64,000 nt of DNA from a virus. Under the pieces are notes generated by a model. It was not told where the DNA came from, searched no databases, and saw nothing but the letters and a program-made list of their open reading frames with translations. Shown here piece after piece: positions 34,175-45,519 of the stretch (its first letter is position 1; each line of letters opens with the position of its first letter). The position numbers were made by a program, and so were the translations under genes. The stretch covers positions 19,471 to 83,470 of IMG/VR virus record IMGVR_UViG_3300046536_000173; one strand, 5' to 3'.

Positions 34175-35647
34175 ATGGCGATCAATTTCACCTACTATCC
34201 GACATCGAACCGGGTTCCGGGCGTCTATGTCGAGATGGACCCTTCGCAGGCGAATTCCGCGACGGTCCTTCAAAACACGTTGCTGATCGGGCAGATCACG
34301 ATCACCGGGACAGCGGTCAGCAACCATCCCGTGCTGATCGAAAGCAAAGCGCAATTGCTCACGCTTTGCGGCGCCGGATCGATGCTCAACGCGATGGGAA
34401 GCCGCTACCTCGACCGCGATCCCTTCGGCCCGCTTTACATCCTCCCCGTCGAGGATGACGCCGCCGCCGTCGCCGCGACCGGATCGATCGCGATCGCCGG
34501 TCCCGCGACCAAATCTGGCACGTTGAACGTCTACGTCGGCGGGTTGCGCGTCCGCTCGCTTGTCTCCAGCGGAGACGCCGCGACCGCGATCGCGACCGCG
34601 CTCGCCGCCGCGATCAACGCGACGGAGAACATCGAAGTCACCGCGACCGCCGCCGCCGCCGATGTCACGTTGACCTCGATCGGTAAGGGCGACGCTTTCA
34701 ACGGTATCGACATCCGCGCGAACTATCTCGGCGCCGCTGGCGGCGAATATGACGTGCCGGGTGTCACGTTGACGATCACGCCAATGGCGGGCGGCACCGG
34801 CAATCCGGGCATCGGGGGCGCGCTCGCGAACCTGTCGGATCAGCCCTTCGACTTCATCATCACGCCATACACGGACACGTCGAACCTCGACGCGCTCAAG
34901 GGCATGTTGGCCGACGACGTGGGCCGCTGGTCTTGGGAACAGATGATCTATGGCGGGGCCTTCGCCGCGTATCGCGGAACGCTCGGCGAGTGCACGACGT
35001 TCGGCAACGGTCGCAACGATCAACACATGTCGATCGTCGCATACAACGACAGCCCCGATCCGCCCTGGATTTGGGCGACCGAGATCGGAGCCGCGTCCGC
35101 CGCGAGCTTGCGCGTCGATCCGGGCCTTCCGCTGCAATACATCAACACGACGCTGAAGGCGCCGCCGATCCCCTCCCGCTGGACCTTGGGCGAGCGCAAC
35201 ACGCTCCTGTATGACGGCATGAGCACGTTCCGCACCGGAGACGACGGAACGGTGATCGTCGAGCGCATGGCGACGACCTATCAAAAGAACGCCGCCGGAG
35301 CGACCGACAACGCATACCTCGATGTCGAAACGATGTATGGCCTGATGTTCGTCGCGCGCGACCTGTCGAACTATCTCCTGACCCGCTACGCCCGGAAAAA
35401 GCTGGTCAGCGATCAAACGATGATCCTGGCCGGGTCGAATTGCGTCAACGCGCCGATGATCCGCGCCTCCGTCATCGCCGAATATCGCGCGATGGAGTCG
35501 GCGGGCTACGTGCAAAACTCACGCGCGTTTTCGCAAAACGTCATCGTCGAAAACGCGGGCAACGGACTGGTGAAAATCCTCGCGCCCGTCGATCTCGTGA
35601 ACCAGCTTCGCCAGATCGCCATTTTGTTGCAATTCCGCAAGAGCTAA
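34175..35647 (+). CDS. Tail sheath protein (Mu gpL-like)
   Basis: RVPG.YVE.D.S.AN, GAGSML, ERN.LL.DG.ST and TTYQKNA motifs. Confidence 0.93.
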   Translation: MAINFTYYPTSNRVPGVYVEMDPSQANSATVLQNTLLIGQITITGTAVSNHPVLIESKAQLLTLCGAGSMLNAMGSRYLDRDPFGPLYILPVEDDAAAVAATGSIAIAGPATKSGTLNVYVGGLRVRSLVSSGDAATAIATALAAAINATENIEVTATAAAADVTLTSIGKGDAFNGIDIRANYLGAAGGEYDVPGVTLTITPMAGGTGNPGIGGALANLSDQPFDFIITPYTDTSNLDALKGMLADDVGRWSWEQMIYGGAFAAYRGTLGECTTFGNGRNDQHMSIVAYNDSPDPPWIWATEIGAASAASLRVDPGLPLQYINTTLKAPPIPSRWTLGERNTLLYDGMSTFRTGDDGTVIVERMATTYQKNAAGATDNAYLDVETMYGLMFVARDLSNYLLTRYARKKLVSDQTMILAGSNCVNAPMIRASVIAEYRAMESAGYVQNSRAFSQNVIVENAGNGLVKILAPVDLVNQLRQIAILLQFRKS

Positions 35648-35660
35648 GGGGGAACCCGCG

Positions 35661-36032
35661 ATGCCGATGATCGCATGCGAACGACTGGCCGGTATCACCG
35701 GCCTGACAATCGACGGAAACGCTTACATGGTCGTTTCCGATGTCACATGGTCCCCCGCGCGGTGGAAGCGCGAGACGCTTGTCGGCCTCGACAGCGTGCA
35801 CGGGTTCAGCGAAGTGCCCTTGCAAGGCTTCATCGAAGCGACGTTGCGCGACAGCGGCGCGATCACCGTCGGCGACTTCAACGACATGCGTTGCGTCGAG
35901 GTCATGGTGACGCTCGCGAACGGCAAGGTCGTGTCGGGGGCGAACATGTGGAACACCGCCGCGCTTGAAGTGCGCGCCGCCGAAGGCACGTTTCAGGTGC
36001 GCTTCGACGGCATCGACGTATCGGAGTCATAA
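35661..36032 (+). CDS. Tail tube protein (Mu gpM-like)
   Basis: RETL.G.D.VHG.SE and LANGK motifs. Confidence 0.88.
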   Translation: MPMIACERLAGITGLTIDGNAYMVVSDVTWSPARWKRETLVGLDSVHGFSEVPLQGFIEATLRDSGAITVGDFNDMRCVEVMVTLANGKVVSGANMWNTAALEVRAAEGTFQVRFDGIDVSES

Positions 36033-36035
36033 ACA

Positions 36036-36368
36036 ATGGACGCGATCACGAGCGAATTCGAGACGATCGGGGAGGAGCCGATCGCGCGCACCCTCGACAT
36101 GGACATCGACGTGACGTTTCAGAAAAAGCGCTTCACGTCGTTGCACCTGGAGGAGCCGACCGGCAAGCAATTGGAACGCGCGGAGATCGAATTGAACACC
36201 GCGAACCCGAACGCTTACACGATGCGCCGCTATCAGATCGCTTTGATCGCCTCCGTCGCCGGGGTGCCGCGCGAGGTCGTGCTTGAACTGAAGTTCACGC
36301 AAATAAACGAGGCTTTCGATTTTTTGTCCGAATTGCTCGCGCCTTCCCCGAGGGATGGCGCGACCTGA
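36036..36368 (+). CDS. Tail assembly chaperone
   Basis: Lies between tube and tape measure genes. L.EPT motif. Confidence 0.8.
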   Translation: MDAITSEFETIGEEPIARTLDMDIDVTFQKKRFTSLHLEEPTGKQLERAEIELNTANPNAYTMRRYQIALIASVAGVPREVVLELKFTQINEAFDFLSELLAPSPRDGAT

Positions 36369-36508
36369 TCGCGGACCTGACGCGGTTCTGGGGCTGGGGT
36401 CCGCATGACGCCTGGAGCCTGACCGGAACCGAATTGATCTGGTGGGCTGAACAGTCGCACCGGATCGCCGACCGCGAGCGCGCCGCGCAGGAACAGGCTC
36501 GAAGGTAA
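36320..36508 (+). CDS. -1 frameshift extension of the chaperone (P2 gpE+E'-like)
   Basis: Slippery T TTT TTG at 36320..36326. The -1 frame reads LIADLTRFWGWGP...TELIWW and ends immediately before the tape measure ATG. Confidence 0.75.
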   Translation, partial: FFVRIARAFPEGWRDLIADLTRFWGWGPHDAWSLTGTELIWWAEQSHRIADRERAAQEQARR

Positions 36509-39268
36509 ATGGCCGGTTATTCCGTCACCTATACCGTTGTCGATAACGCAACGAAGCAGATCGACGCGATCAACCGTCGCATCGCGCAAACACGCGCGCC
36601 GCTCGACCGCCTGTCGCGCCAGATGTCGCGCTTCATCGACGTGTCGGGGCTGCGCAAGGTCGCAACGGGGTTCGAATGGATCGGCAAAGCCGCGTCGAGC
36701 GTGCTGCGCACGTTGACATCGATCATCCCGGTCATGGGGACCATCGTCGGCGCCGCCTCGATCGCCGGAATGGCCAAACTCGTGTCGAGCTATGCCGATT
36801 GGTCGCGCGAGCTTGTGCGCGCCGCCGACAACATCGGCACGACGACGCAAAAGCTCCAGCAATTCCAGGATGCGACGCGCCTCGCCGGGGGCAACGCCTC
36901 CGACATGACGGAAAGCCTCAAAGGGCTGCACGACAAGCTCGCCGACTTCAACATCGGCGGCGCGAACGCCGCCGCCACCGGGCAGTGGGCGAACAAGCTC
37001 AAAATCAACCTGAAGGACGCGAACGGGGTCATCCGTTCCTCGACCGACCTGTTGCCCGAACTGATCCGCAAGATCAACGAATTACCCGATCCCGCCGATC
37101 GCGCCGCCGCCGCGAACGCGCTCCTGGGATCGTCTGGCGAAAAGCTGATTCAGACGTTCCGCCAGTCGAGCAAGAGCTTCGACGCATGGGCCGACGACGT
37201 TAAACGATACAAAGATTTAACGGATGATCAGAAAAGCAGCCTCCAGCGCTTCGCCGAAGCGCAGGGCCGCATCGGTGTCGCCTTCGACCGCCTGGGGCAA
37301 CAGATCGCTCCGGTGATCGCGAAACATCTCGGGCCGTTGCTGGAGAAGTTCGCGATCTTCGTCGAACAGAACACGCCCGCGATCCTCGCCGCCGTCGATC
37401 AACTGTCGGAACGCTTCGCCAAATGGCTCGCCGACCCGGAGACGGCGAAAGCCTTCACCGCTGGCATCAAAGCCGTCGCCGACTCGCTCGTGTGGGTCAG
37501 CAACAACCTCGACACCGTGAAAACCGCCGTCGAGGTCATCGCCGGATTGTTCGCGGCGAAGTGGGCGATCGGGATCGCGTCGTCGATCGCCACCGTCGCG
37601 CAAGCCTTCGGTGTCGTCGGTGTCGGAGGAGCCGCCGGTCTGGGCATCCTGGGCGCTCTGGGCCTGATCATCTGGTTGTCGATCGAGATCGTCCGACACT
37701 GGGATGAAATTAAACAAGCGGGCGTCGATCTCGCCGACGCGGTGGGCAAGAGCTTCGAGCGCGTCAAGAAAACGATGTCCGACTTCTGGGAAGGCAAGCA
37801 CGACCCAAGCGAGATGCCGAAGCCGGGGGAGGTGCCAAGCTATCCGAAGCAACCCGACTTCGTTCCCGGTGGCGCCTGGACACCGAAGCCGAGCGACAAC
37901 ACCGAACCCGGAGGAGCCTGGGCGCGCCCGCCTGGAGCGATCCAGAAGCAAAGCGCGAGCGGCGGATACCTGCCCGGAGGGGTGACGCCCGCCGCGTATC
38001 ATCCCGGAGGCCCCGCCGCCGCTGGCATCGCCGGGGGCAGCGAATTCTGGGACAGCATGGCGCGCGCCGTGACGAAGGGTTTCGAGGATGCTTTCGACCA
38101 TATCACCGGAACCGGGGGCATGGGCGGAGGAGGAGCCGGAGGAGGAGGCTACACGCCCGCCGCGTATCGCGTGCCCGTGCAAGCCGGAGCGCCGTCGCCG
38201 AACGTGCAACAGGCGATCGTCCGCCCGCCTGGAGCCGGAGGAGGGGTTGGCGGCGGCAGCGCCGGAGGATCAGGCGGCATCGACGCGCCAGCCGGAACGC
38301 CGATCGCGCGAACCGGACTCGCGACCGTTACCTCCGCGAGCGGTCGCAAGTTCCAGGTCGATGCGCGCTTCGCGCCGAACTTCCAGGGCTTTATTGACGA
38401 TTACGAAAAGGCCGGAGGGCAGATCGGACCCGACAGCGGCACGCTTGGCGAGCGTCCGCACAACGCGAGCGGCCATCCGATCGGTGCCGCGATCGACATC
38501 AATCAGATCGGGCGCGGGGTTCGCAGCAAGCGCGCGATCTCGCTCGACCCGAGGATCGAGGATGCGCTCGCGAAAAAATGGGGGATGGTCTCGGGCAATT
38601 CGTGGCGATCGAACGACCAGGGGCATTTTGGCATCGAAAGCGTCGAAGCCGCGCGCCGCGCGCTGATCGACAAAGGCGTTGCCGTGCCGAACCAAGCCGC
38701 TGGCGGCGCGGCGATCCAGACCGGATGGAACGCCAACAATCCGATGAACCTCACGCCCGGATCGAACTGGCACGGCGGACGCGCGACCACACCGGGCGGA
38801 CTGCCGATCCGCACCTATGGATCGATGGAGGAGGGCGTCGCCGACAGCGTGCGCAAGCTGGTCGAGTATCAGCAAAAGCGACACCTCGCGACGGTGGACA
38901 TGATGGCGCGCGAGTGGAACAAGACCGCGACGCCTGAGTATGTGAACAAGCTCGCCGACGCCCTGCACGTCGGAAAGGATCAGCCGTTCGACATCCGCGA
39001 TCCCGACAAAGCCGCCGCCTGGGTGCGTGCCGCGCAGCCGCAGGAAACCGGACCCGGACGGTTGACGGAAGCGCAGATCGCCGCTGGTGTTCGCACCGGC
39101 CTCGCCCCGCCCGTGACCGTGCCGCCGCCGCAACCGCCGAACGGCGCCGTCGATGTTTCGATCACGCATAAAAACGCGCCGCCGAATTCCGCCGTCACCG
39201 CGACCGGATCGGGCGCCGTCAACGTCGCGCCCGTGCGCGTCGAGCATCAGGCGATGGAGTCGATATGA
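36509..39268 (+). CDS. Tape measure protein with C-terminal cell-wall hydrolase-like domains
   Basis: Ala-rich helical body, SGHPIGAAIDIN...DQGHF (M15-like) and NNPMNL...YGSMEEG (lysozyme-like). Confidence 0.85.
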   Translation: MAGYSVTYTVVDNATKQIDAINRRIAQTRAPLDRLSRQMSRFIDVSGLRKVATGFEWIGKAASSVLRTLTSIIPVMGTIVGAASIAGMAKLVSSYADWSRELVRAADNIGTTTQKLQQFQDATRLAGGNASDMTESLKGLHDKLADFNIGGANAAATGQWANKLKINLKDANGVIRSSTDLLPELIRKINELPDPADRAAAANALLGSSGEKLIQTFRQSSKSFDAWADDVKRYKDLTDDQKSSLQRFAEAQGRIGVAFDRLGQQIAPVIAKHLGPLLEKFAIFVEQNTPAILAAVDQLSERFAKWLADPETAKAFTAGIKAVADSLVWVSNNLDTVKTAVEVIAGLFAAKWAIGIASSIATVAQAFGVVGVGGAAGLGILGALGLIIWLSIEIVRHWDEIKQAGVDLADAVGKSFERVKKTMSDFWEGKHDPSEMPKPGEVPSYPKQPDFVPGGAWTPKPSDNTEPGGAWARPPGAIQKQSASGGYLPGGVTPAAYHPGGPAAAGIAGGSEFWDSMARAVTKGFEDAFDHITGTGGMGGGGAGGGGYTPAAYRVPVQAGAPSPNVQQAIVRPPGAGGGVGGGSAGGSGGIDAPAGTPIARTGLATVTSASGRKFQVDARFAPNFQGFIDDYEKAGGQIGPDSGTLGERPHNASGHPIGAAIDINQIGRGVRSKRAISLDPRIEDALAKKWGMVSGNSWRSNDQGHFGIESVEAARRALIDKGVAVPNQAAGGAAIQTGWNANNPMNLTPGSNWHGGRATTPGGLPIRTYGSMEEGVADSVRKLVEYQQKRHLATVDMMAREWNKTATPEYVNKLADALHVGKDQPFDIRDPDKAAAWVRAAQPQETGPGRLTEAQIAAGVRTGLAPPVTVPPPQPPNGAVDVSITHKNAPPNSAVTATGSGAVNVAPVRVEHQAMESI

Positions 39269-40146
39269 GCGGCATCCTGGGCCAGATCAGCGGAACGATC
39301 AGCGGGGTCAATCGCGTCGTCTCGGCGGGCGGATCGCTGATCAACGATGTCGCCCGCCTGGGGCAGAGCTTCGGCGCCTCGCAATTGTTCGACACGTCGG
39401 GCCTGTCCTGGTCGGGCGGAACGTGGGCGCAGCAATTGCAACCCGGAAGCTGGCGCGGCGTGGGCTTCGTGCTCGACGCCGGAGACACCGCCGCAGGCCG
39501 TCGCGTCGCGATCCACGAATACCCCTATCGCGACGACACCTGGGCCGAGGATTTAGGCAAGCTCCCGCGCCGCTTCACGATCCAGGCGTTCCTGGTCGGC
39601 GACGACTGCTATCAACAGCGCGACGCGATGCTTCGCGCCGTCGAGCAATCCGGCGCCGGAACGCTCGTGCATCCGACGCTTGGCTCGATTCAATGCGTGC
39701 TCCTCGAATTCGCATGCGCCGATCGCCGCGAACGGGGCCGCGTCGTCGAGCTTCAATTCGCCTTCATCCTCGCCGGCGACGTGAAATATCCCTCGACCAT
39801 CATCGCCACCGCGCAAGCCGTCGCCGGAGCCGCCGCGAACCTCAACATCGCTTCCGCTTCCGACCTGGGCTCGACGCTTCAACGGATCGGCACCGTCGCG
39901 AAAGCCGCCATCAACACCGTGACGCATTACACCTCGATCGCGACCTCGATCGTCGGCGACGCGACGCGGGTGTTCAACAGCGTGCGCGGCCTGACCGGAT
40001 TTTTCGGACGCTACGCGACCGGAAGCCGCAACACGCTGCAAAAGGCGAGCGCGACCATCGGCGGGCTTTTGAGCGCCGCGACGACCGCGCGATCCGCCGT
40101 CACGGGTGGCGCCGCCCTGGTCAACCGTCTCGCGAGCTTTCTGTGA
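39265..40146 (+). CDS. Mu gpN-like DNA circularisation protein, N-terminal part
   Basis: Same motifs as 2..772. Confidence 0.85.
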   Translation: MSGILGQISGTISGVNRVVSAGGSLINDVARLGQSFGASQLFDTSGLSWSGGTWAQQLQPGSWRGVGFVLDAGDTAAGRRVAIHEYPYRDDTWAEDLGKLPRRFTIQAFLVGDDCYQQRDAMLRAVEQSGAGTLVHPTLGSIQCVLLEFACADRRERGRVVELQFAFILAGDVKYPSTIIATAQAVAGAAANLNIASASDLGSTLQRIGTVAKAAINTVTHYTSIATSIVGDATRVFNSVRGLTGFFGRYATGSRNTLQKASATIGGLLSAATTARSAVTGGAALVNRLASFL

Positions 40147-40709
40147 GCACGGAGTCCGACGCCTTCGCCGCCGCCGGGGTCGCGCTCGCCGAAGCCCTCG
40201 CCGCGTCCGCCGCCGATCCCGCCGACGCGATCCGCATGTTGCTGTCGCTCGCCGCCTGGACACCGCCCGCCATCCCCGGCGCGGGTCCGCTCGCCGCCCG
40301 CGCCCGCGACGCCGCCGACGCGATCGCGTCGAACCTCCGATGCAGCGCGTGCGCCGCCCTGGCCACGGCCACGCTCACGTATGGGCCGGTCAGCTATCAG
40401 GACGCGATGTCGCTCCGCGTCGCCGTGTGCGACGCCCTGGACGCCGAAGCGACCCGCGCAGGCGACTCCGGTCGCGATGCCACCTTCCGCGCGTTGACCG
40501 ATCTGCGAACCGCCGTCGCTATGGACCTCGCGGTGCGCGGCGCGAACCTCGCGTGGCTGGTCGAGATCGACACGCGCCAATCGATGCCATCGCTCGCCGA
40601 AGCCTGGACGCTTTACCAGGACACGCCGCGCGAGCCGGGGCTTGTCGCGTCCGCCGACCCGCCGCATCCGCTGTTCCTGCCGACCAGCTTCGCGGCGTTG
40701 AACAAATGA
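40143..40709 (+). CDS. Mu gpN-like C-terminal part
   Basis: Homologue of 769..1335. Confidence 0.75.
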   Translation: MSTESDAFAAAGVALAEALAASAADPADAIRMLLSLAAWTPPAIPGAGPLAARARDAADAIASNLRCSACAALATATLTYGPVSYQDAMSLRVAVCDALDAEATRAGDSGRDATFRALTDLRTAVAMDLAVRGANLAWLVEIDTRQSMPSLAEAWTLYQDTPREPGLVASADPPHPLFLPTSFAALNK

Positions 40710-41956
40710 GCGCCGCGATCGGCGCCATCGCGCACGGTGTCACGACGCACGGCCCGCCACCCGGAGCCGCCGACGTGCTGTCGTTGACCGTGGGCAATCA
40801 GACCATCACCGGATGGCAGCGCGTCTCCGTGACCCGCCCGCTCGCCGCGATCCCCGCGAGCTTTTCGATCGAGGTGACGGAGCGCTATCCGAACGCCGCC
40901 GACATCGACCTGAAGCCGGGGTTTCCGTGCACCGTCAAGATCGGTTCCGATCTCGTGCTGACCGGATACGTTGACCGCTACACGTCCGCGATCAGCGCTT
41001 CACAGCACACGATCCGCGTCGAGGGCCGGAGCATGTCGGAGGATCTGGTCGATTGCTCCGCCGTCGTCAAAAAAACGAGCGCGGGCAACACGCCGACGCA
41101 AGGACTCCAGATACGCAACGGCGACGTGCTCTCGATCGTGCGCGCGCTCGCCGCCCCTTACGGCGTGACCGTCCAGTGCGACGCGCCGGGGCCTTTCAGG
41201 GCAATTCCCCAATTCAACATCAACCTGGGCGAAACCGTGTGGGAGATCATCGACCGGATCACGAGATATTCAAAGCTGATCGCTTACGACATGCCGGATG
41301 GCTCGATCATGCTTTCCGAAGTCGGAAAGGTGTCGATGGCGTCCGGGTTCAGGATCGGAGTCAACGTCGAGACCGCCGACGTGATGTTTTCGACAGATCA
41401 GCGTTATTCCGAATATGAAGGCCACCTGATCGCGATGATGTCGCTCGGCACCGACGCGGGCGAAAACTTTCCGACTGTTGGCGAGATCGTGCGCGACGAT
41501 GAAATGGCCGCGCTGCGCCGCCCGGACGGAAGCCCACGCTTCCGCAAGCTCTACGTCATCAGTGAACAATTCGACATGGGTCGTCCGATCGCGGGCGACC
41601 GTGCCGCCTGGGAGAAAAATCGCCGCTGGGGCCAGAGCTTCAACTTCAGCGTGACGACCGACGCGTGGCGCGACGCATCGGGTAAGCTGTGGTCGCCGAA
41701 CTATCTCGCCCCGATCGACGCCGAAGCGCTGAAGCTGAAGCATCGCGACTGGCTGATCGGCACCGTGACCTATCTGCGCGACGAAAGCGGACAGCACGCG
41801 CACCTGTCGCTGTGGCCGAAAGAGGCTTTCACCGTCGAGCCGACATCGCCGAACGTGCTGGTCACGCAAGACGACGTGAACCGCAACAACGCGACGAAGC
41901 CGAACCCGCCCGCGCCACAGCACAAAATGCTGACCGAGGAGGAGATCAGCCTTTGA
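40706..41956 (+). CDS. Baseplate hub protein (Mu gp44-like)
   Basis: Homologue of 1332..2594. Confidence 0.85.
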   Translation: MSAAIGAIAHGVTTHGPPPGAADVLSLTVGNQTITGWQRVSVTRPLAAIPASFSIEVTERYPNAADIDLKPGFPCTVKIGSDLVLTGYVDRYTSAISASQHTIRVEGRSMSEDLVDCSAVVKKTSAGNTPTQGLQIRNGDVLSIVRALAAPYGVTVQCDAPGPFRAIPQFNINLGETVWEIIDRITRYSKLIAYDMPDGSIMLSEVGKVSMASGFRIGVNVETADVMFSTDQRYSEYEGHLIAMMSLGTDAGENFPTVGEIVRDDEMAALRRPDGSPRFRKLYVISEQFDMGRPIAGDRAAWEKNRRWGQSFNFSVTTDAWRDASGKLWSPNYLAPIDAEALKLKHRDWLIGTVTYLRDESGQHAHLSLWPKEAFTVEPTSPNVLVTQDDVNRNNATKPNPPAPQHKMLTEEEISL

Positions 41957-43800
41957 CCGCGACCGCGCGTCTGTATCGCCGCGTGATGATGTCGGTGATG
42001 CCGATGAAAATCACGGCGACCGACGACACCGGGCCGATCCACCGCGCACAGGTGCGCGGGTTCCCGCTTGAAACAATCGACGCGATGCCGGTGCTCCAGA
42101 TTTACGGCCTCGCCTCGCATGCCGAACCGGGATCCGATGCGATGGCGATGTTCGCCTCCGGCGACCGATCGAACGGCGTCATCGTCGCGACGGGCAATCA
42201 AAAGCATCGCTTGCGCAACCTGAAGTCGGGCGAGGTCGCGCTTTACGACAACACCGACAATCAAAGCGTGCTGAAGCTCGCCAACGGCGGCAACATCGAG
42301 GTTAGCGCGAGCACGAAGCACACGACGACGGTCCCGACCGTCGAGGTCAACGCGAAGGAAGGGGTCAAGGTCACGACGCCGCTGGTCGATGTCCAGGGGC
42401 GGCAAACGATGTCGCACGATCCCGTCGCGTCGAACGAAGTCGTCACGAAGTCATATTGCGACGCGAACCGGGGAGGAGGATCAGCGGGACCGCCCGGACC
42501 TCCCGGCCCGACCGGACCGCAAGGGCCGCAGGGACCGGCTGGACCCGCTGGAGCGACCGGACCCGCTGGCGCCGCCTCGACCGTGCCCGGACCCGCTGGA
42601 CCCGCTGGAGCGAAGGGCGATCCCGGAGCGACCGGAGCGCCGGGACCAACCGGAGCGACGGGGCCGCAGGGAGTCGCCGGAACGCCCGGAGCCGCTGGCG
42701 CGACCGGAGCGCAAGGCCCGAAGGGCGACACGGGATCGCAAGGGACGCAGGGACCGCCTGGGGCGGACTCGACCGTGCCAGGACCAACCGGACCCGCTGG
42801 CGCGCAAGGCCCGCAGGGCGTGCCAGGAACGCCGGGGGCTACGGGATCGACCGGACCGCAGGGCGTGCCCGGAGCGGACTCGATCGTGCCCGGACCACAA
42901 GGCCCGCAGGGTGTCCAGGGCGTGCCCGGAACGCCTGGAGCCACCGGAGCGCAGGGACCGATCGGACTGACCGGCGCGCCTGGAGCCGACAGCACCGTGC
43001 CCGGACCACAGGGACCGCAAGGCCCGATCGGACTGACCGGAGCGACGGGACCGAAGGGCGACACCGGGGCCACGGGGACGCAGGGACCGCCTGGAGCCGA
43101 CAGCACCGTGCCCGGACCAACCGGAGCGACGGGGCCGCAGGGTGTCCAGGGCGTCGCCGGAACGCCCGGAGCGACGGGAGCGCAGGGACCGAAGGGCGAC
43201 ACCGGAGCGACCGGAGCCGCCTCGACCGTTCCCGGCCCGCAGGGGCCGAAGGGTGACACGGGCGCGACGGGGCCAGCCGGAAGCACCGTGGCATCTGGCG
43301 TATCGTTCGCGCCCGCTGGGAACGTCGCCGCGACGAACGTGCAGGGCGCGATCGCCGAGGTGGACGCGGAGAAGGTCGCCAAGAGTGGCGACGTGATGAC
43401 CGGGAACCTTAAAATCTCCGTGGCCGACAACGCCCTTGGGCTACTGGTCAACGGCGCGACCACAGGTGTCCGCTTCGTCGCGGGCCCAGGTGGCATATCA
43501 ATCGAAGGTGTAGATAATAGCGGGGTCGGTTCCTATCAGCCGCTCAATTTCTATGGGTCGGTAATTAAATTCAATCAGGCTGTTACGCTGATCGCCGATC
43601 CCGCCGCCCCGTTGGAAGCGGCGACGAAACAATACGTTGACAACACGATCACCGCCCGGATCGGACACTCGCAATGGGATGGCGTCGGCCTCGCCGAGAC
43701 GCGCCCCGGAGACGACGCGCCGCCCGACCTGATCGCCGAGATGCGCGCGACGATCGCCGACCTCGCCGCCCGCGTCGCCGTGCTGGAGGCTCGCGCATGA
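41953..43800 (+). CDS. Baseplate spike (gp45-like) with long collagen stalk and short tip
   Basis: gp45 N-terminus, then a ~270-aa G-X-Y region interrupted by STVP units. Confidence 0.85.
   Translation: MTATARLYRRVMMSVMPMKITATDDTGPIHRAQVRGFPLETIDAMPVLQIYGLASHAEPGSDAMAMFASGDRSNGVIVATGNQKHRLRNLKSGEVALYDNTDNQSVLKLANGGNIEVSASTKHTTTVPTVEVNAKEGVKVTTPLVDVQGRQTMSHDPVASNEVVTKSYCDANRGGGSAGPPGPPGPTGPQGPQGPAGPAGATGPAGAASTVPGPAGPAGAKGDPGATGAPGPTGATGPQGVAGTPGAAGATGAQGPKGDTGSQGTQGPPGADSTVPGPTGPAGAQGPQGVPGTPGATGSTGPQGVPGADSIVPGPQGPQGVQGVPGTPGATGAQGPIGLTGAPGADSTVPGPQGPQGPIGLTGATGPKGDTGATGTQGPPGADSTVPGPTGATGPQGVQGVAGTPGATGAQGPKGDTGATGAASTVPGPQGPKGDTGATGPAGSTVASGVSFAPAGNVAATNVQGAIAEVDAEKVAKSGDVMTGNLKISVADNALGLLVNGATTGVRFVAGPGGISIEGVDNSGVGSYQPLNFYGSVIKFNQAVTLIADPAAPLEAATKQYVDNTITARIGHSQWDGVGLAETRPGDDAPPDLIAEMRATIADLAARVAVLEARA
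42478..43282 (+). repeat. Collagen-coding repeat tract
   Basis: Recurrent [12 protein letters not shown] triplets and GADSTVP units. Confidence 0.9.
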
Positions 43801-44402
43801 CCGGGTGGATCGAGGGCATCGTCGGATTGCCCGTCCCCGCCGCCGATGTCTCGCCGCCGCCCGTCGCCGACTGTCGTGGCGACATCTTCATCCTGTGGGA
43901 CAACCGCAACGCGCAAGGCGACTGGAGCCTCGCCGATGGCGACCTCCAGACCGGGCAAGACCTCGAAACCGCGTGTCTCGTGTCGCTGTTCACGGACAAG
44001 CTCGCGACGCCCGACTTCACGCCGACCGACGGCACGAGCGATCGACGCGGGTGGTGGGCCGACGTTTACAGTGACACGCCGCTGGGATCGAACCTGTGGC
44101 AGCTTGAACGCGCCAAAAAGACCCGCGACACGCTGGGCCTCGCGCGCCGCTACGCCGAAGAGTCGCTTCAGTGGCTCGTCGAGGATGGCGTGGCGAAACA
44201 GATCGCCGTCAACACGTCCTGGCTGGGCGAAGCGATCGGCTCGACGCTCCTGGGCATCGGCATCGCGATCCTGAAGCCGGATGGCAGCGTGACCCGCTTC
44301 ACCTTCGGCTGGGCGTGGCAAAGCCTCGCCGCGCTGCCCTCGCCCGTGCGCGTGCCGCCGCCGCTGATCGCGCAACCCGTCCCCGTCGCCGTGAGGAGAT
44401 GA
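43797..44402 (+). CDS. Baseplate protein (Mu gp46-like)
   Basis: Homologue of 4740..5384. Confidence 0.88.
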   Translation: MTGWIEGIVGLPVPAADVSPPPVADCRGDIFILWDNRNAQGDWSLADGDLQTGQDLETACLVSLFTDKLATPDFTPTDGTSDRRGWWADVYSDTPLGSNLWQLERAKKTRDTLGLARRYAEESLQWLVEDGVAKQIAVNTSWLGEAIGSTLLGIGIAILKPDGSVTRFTFGWAWQSLAALPSPVRVPPPLIAQPVPVAVRR

Positions 44403-44406
44403 CCCG

Positions 44407-45519
44407 GTGCCCTTCGCCCGCCCGCCTCTGACGACGCTCCGCAATCAGGCGGTGCAGGACATCACGACCTCCGGGGTTCCCGGCCTCGACGGACTGTTGC
44501 GCAACGCCGTTTTGCGTGTGCTCGCCTGGGTGATGTCGGGCCTCGCATATAGCGTTTACGGTTACCTCGATTGGATCATGCAACAGTCGGTTCCGTTCAC
44601 CGCGACCGACGAATATCTCGAAGCCTGGGCCGCGCTGATCGGAATCTATCGGAAGGATGCGACGCCCTCGACCGGGTTCGCGCAATTCGTTGGAACGCCG
44701 GGGCTTGGTCTCGCGACCGGCATCGGACTGACCCGCCAGGACGGCACCCCCTACACCGTGACGGAAGGCGCCTTCGTCGATGCTGGCGGCTTCGTCACCG
44801 TGCCCATCCTCGCCGCCGTGATGGGCGCCGCGACGAACGCCGACGCGCCCGTGCCGATCGCGATCGACAGCCCGGTGCCGGGGATCAATTCCGGGGGCAT
44901 GACCGTGGGTCCGCTCACGGGCGGATCGGACCAGGAATCAACCGAAGCGTTCCGCTCGCGCATGTTGCTGAAGTATCGCGCGCCCCCGCAAGGCGGATCG
45001 GAAGCCGATTACATCGAATGGGCGCTCGAAGTGCCGGGATGCTCGCGCGTGTGGATCACCGCCAGCGGCTACGGGCCGGGGACCGTCATCGTCTATCCGA
45101 TGTTTGACGACGCCGAAGCCGCGAATGGTGGCTTCCCTGTCGGATCGGACGGATGCGCGACGGAGGAAACGCGCGGCGTGACCGCGACCGGCGATCAGCT
45201 TGCCGTCGCCGATCACATCTGGCCGGTGCAGCCGATCACCACGCTCGTGTATGTCTCCGCGCCCGTGCCGTTCCCGATCGACGTGACCTTGCATGTGCTC
45301 GATCCGAACACGCCCGAGATGCAAGCGGAGATCGTGCTCGCGTTGCAAGACATGTTCCTGATCGTCGGCGAGGTCGGAGGCACGGTCTATCCCTCCGACA
45401 TGTATCAGGCGATCCTGGCGACGCCGGGGATCAATCACTTTTCGATGGCGCTTCCCGCTGATCCCGTCGTCGCGCCGCCTGGAGCGCTTCCGATCATGGG
45501 CGCGTTGACGGTCACGTAA
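44407..45519 (+). CDS. Baseplate J / gp47-like
   Basis: Homologue of 5391..6503, same length. Confidence 0.9.
   Translation: MPFARPPLTTLRNQAVQDITTSGVPGLDGLLRNAVLRVLAWVMSGLAYSVYGYLDWIMQQSVPFTATDEYLEAWAALIGIYRKDATPSTGFAQFVGTPGLGLATGIGLTRQDGTPYTVTEGAFVDAGGFVTVPILAAVMGAATNADAPVPIAIDSPVPGINSGGMTVGPLTGGSDQESTEAFRSRMLLKYRAPPQGGSEADYIEWALEVPGCSRVWITASGYGPGTVIVYPMFDDAEAANGGFPVGSDGCATEETRGVTATGDQLAVADHIWPVQPITTLVYVSAPVPFPIDVTLHVLDPNTPEMQAEIVLALQDMFLIVGEVGGTVYPSDMYQAILATPGINHFSMALPADPVVAPPGALPIMGALTVT

Noticed and set aside
42261-43496. Long antisense and alternate-frame ORFs over the collagen tract, and similar Arg-rich ORFs throughout
   Set aside because: Shadow ORFs caused by high GC and repeat structure, with no motifs.
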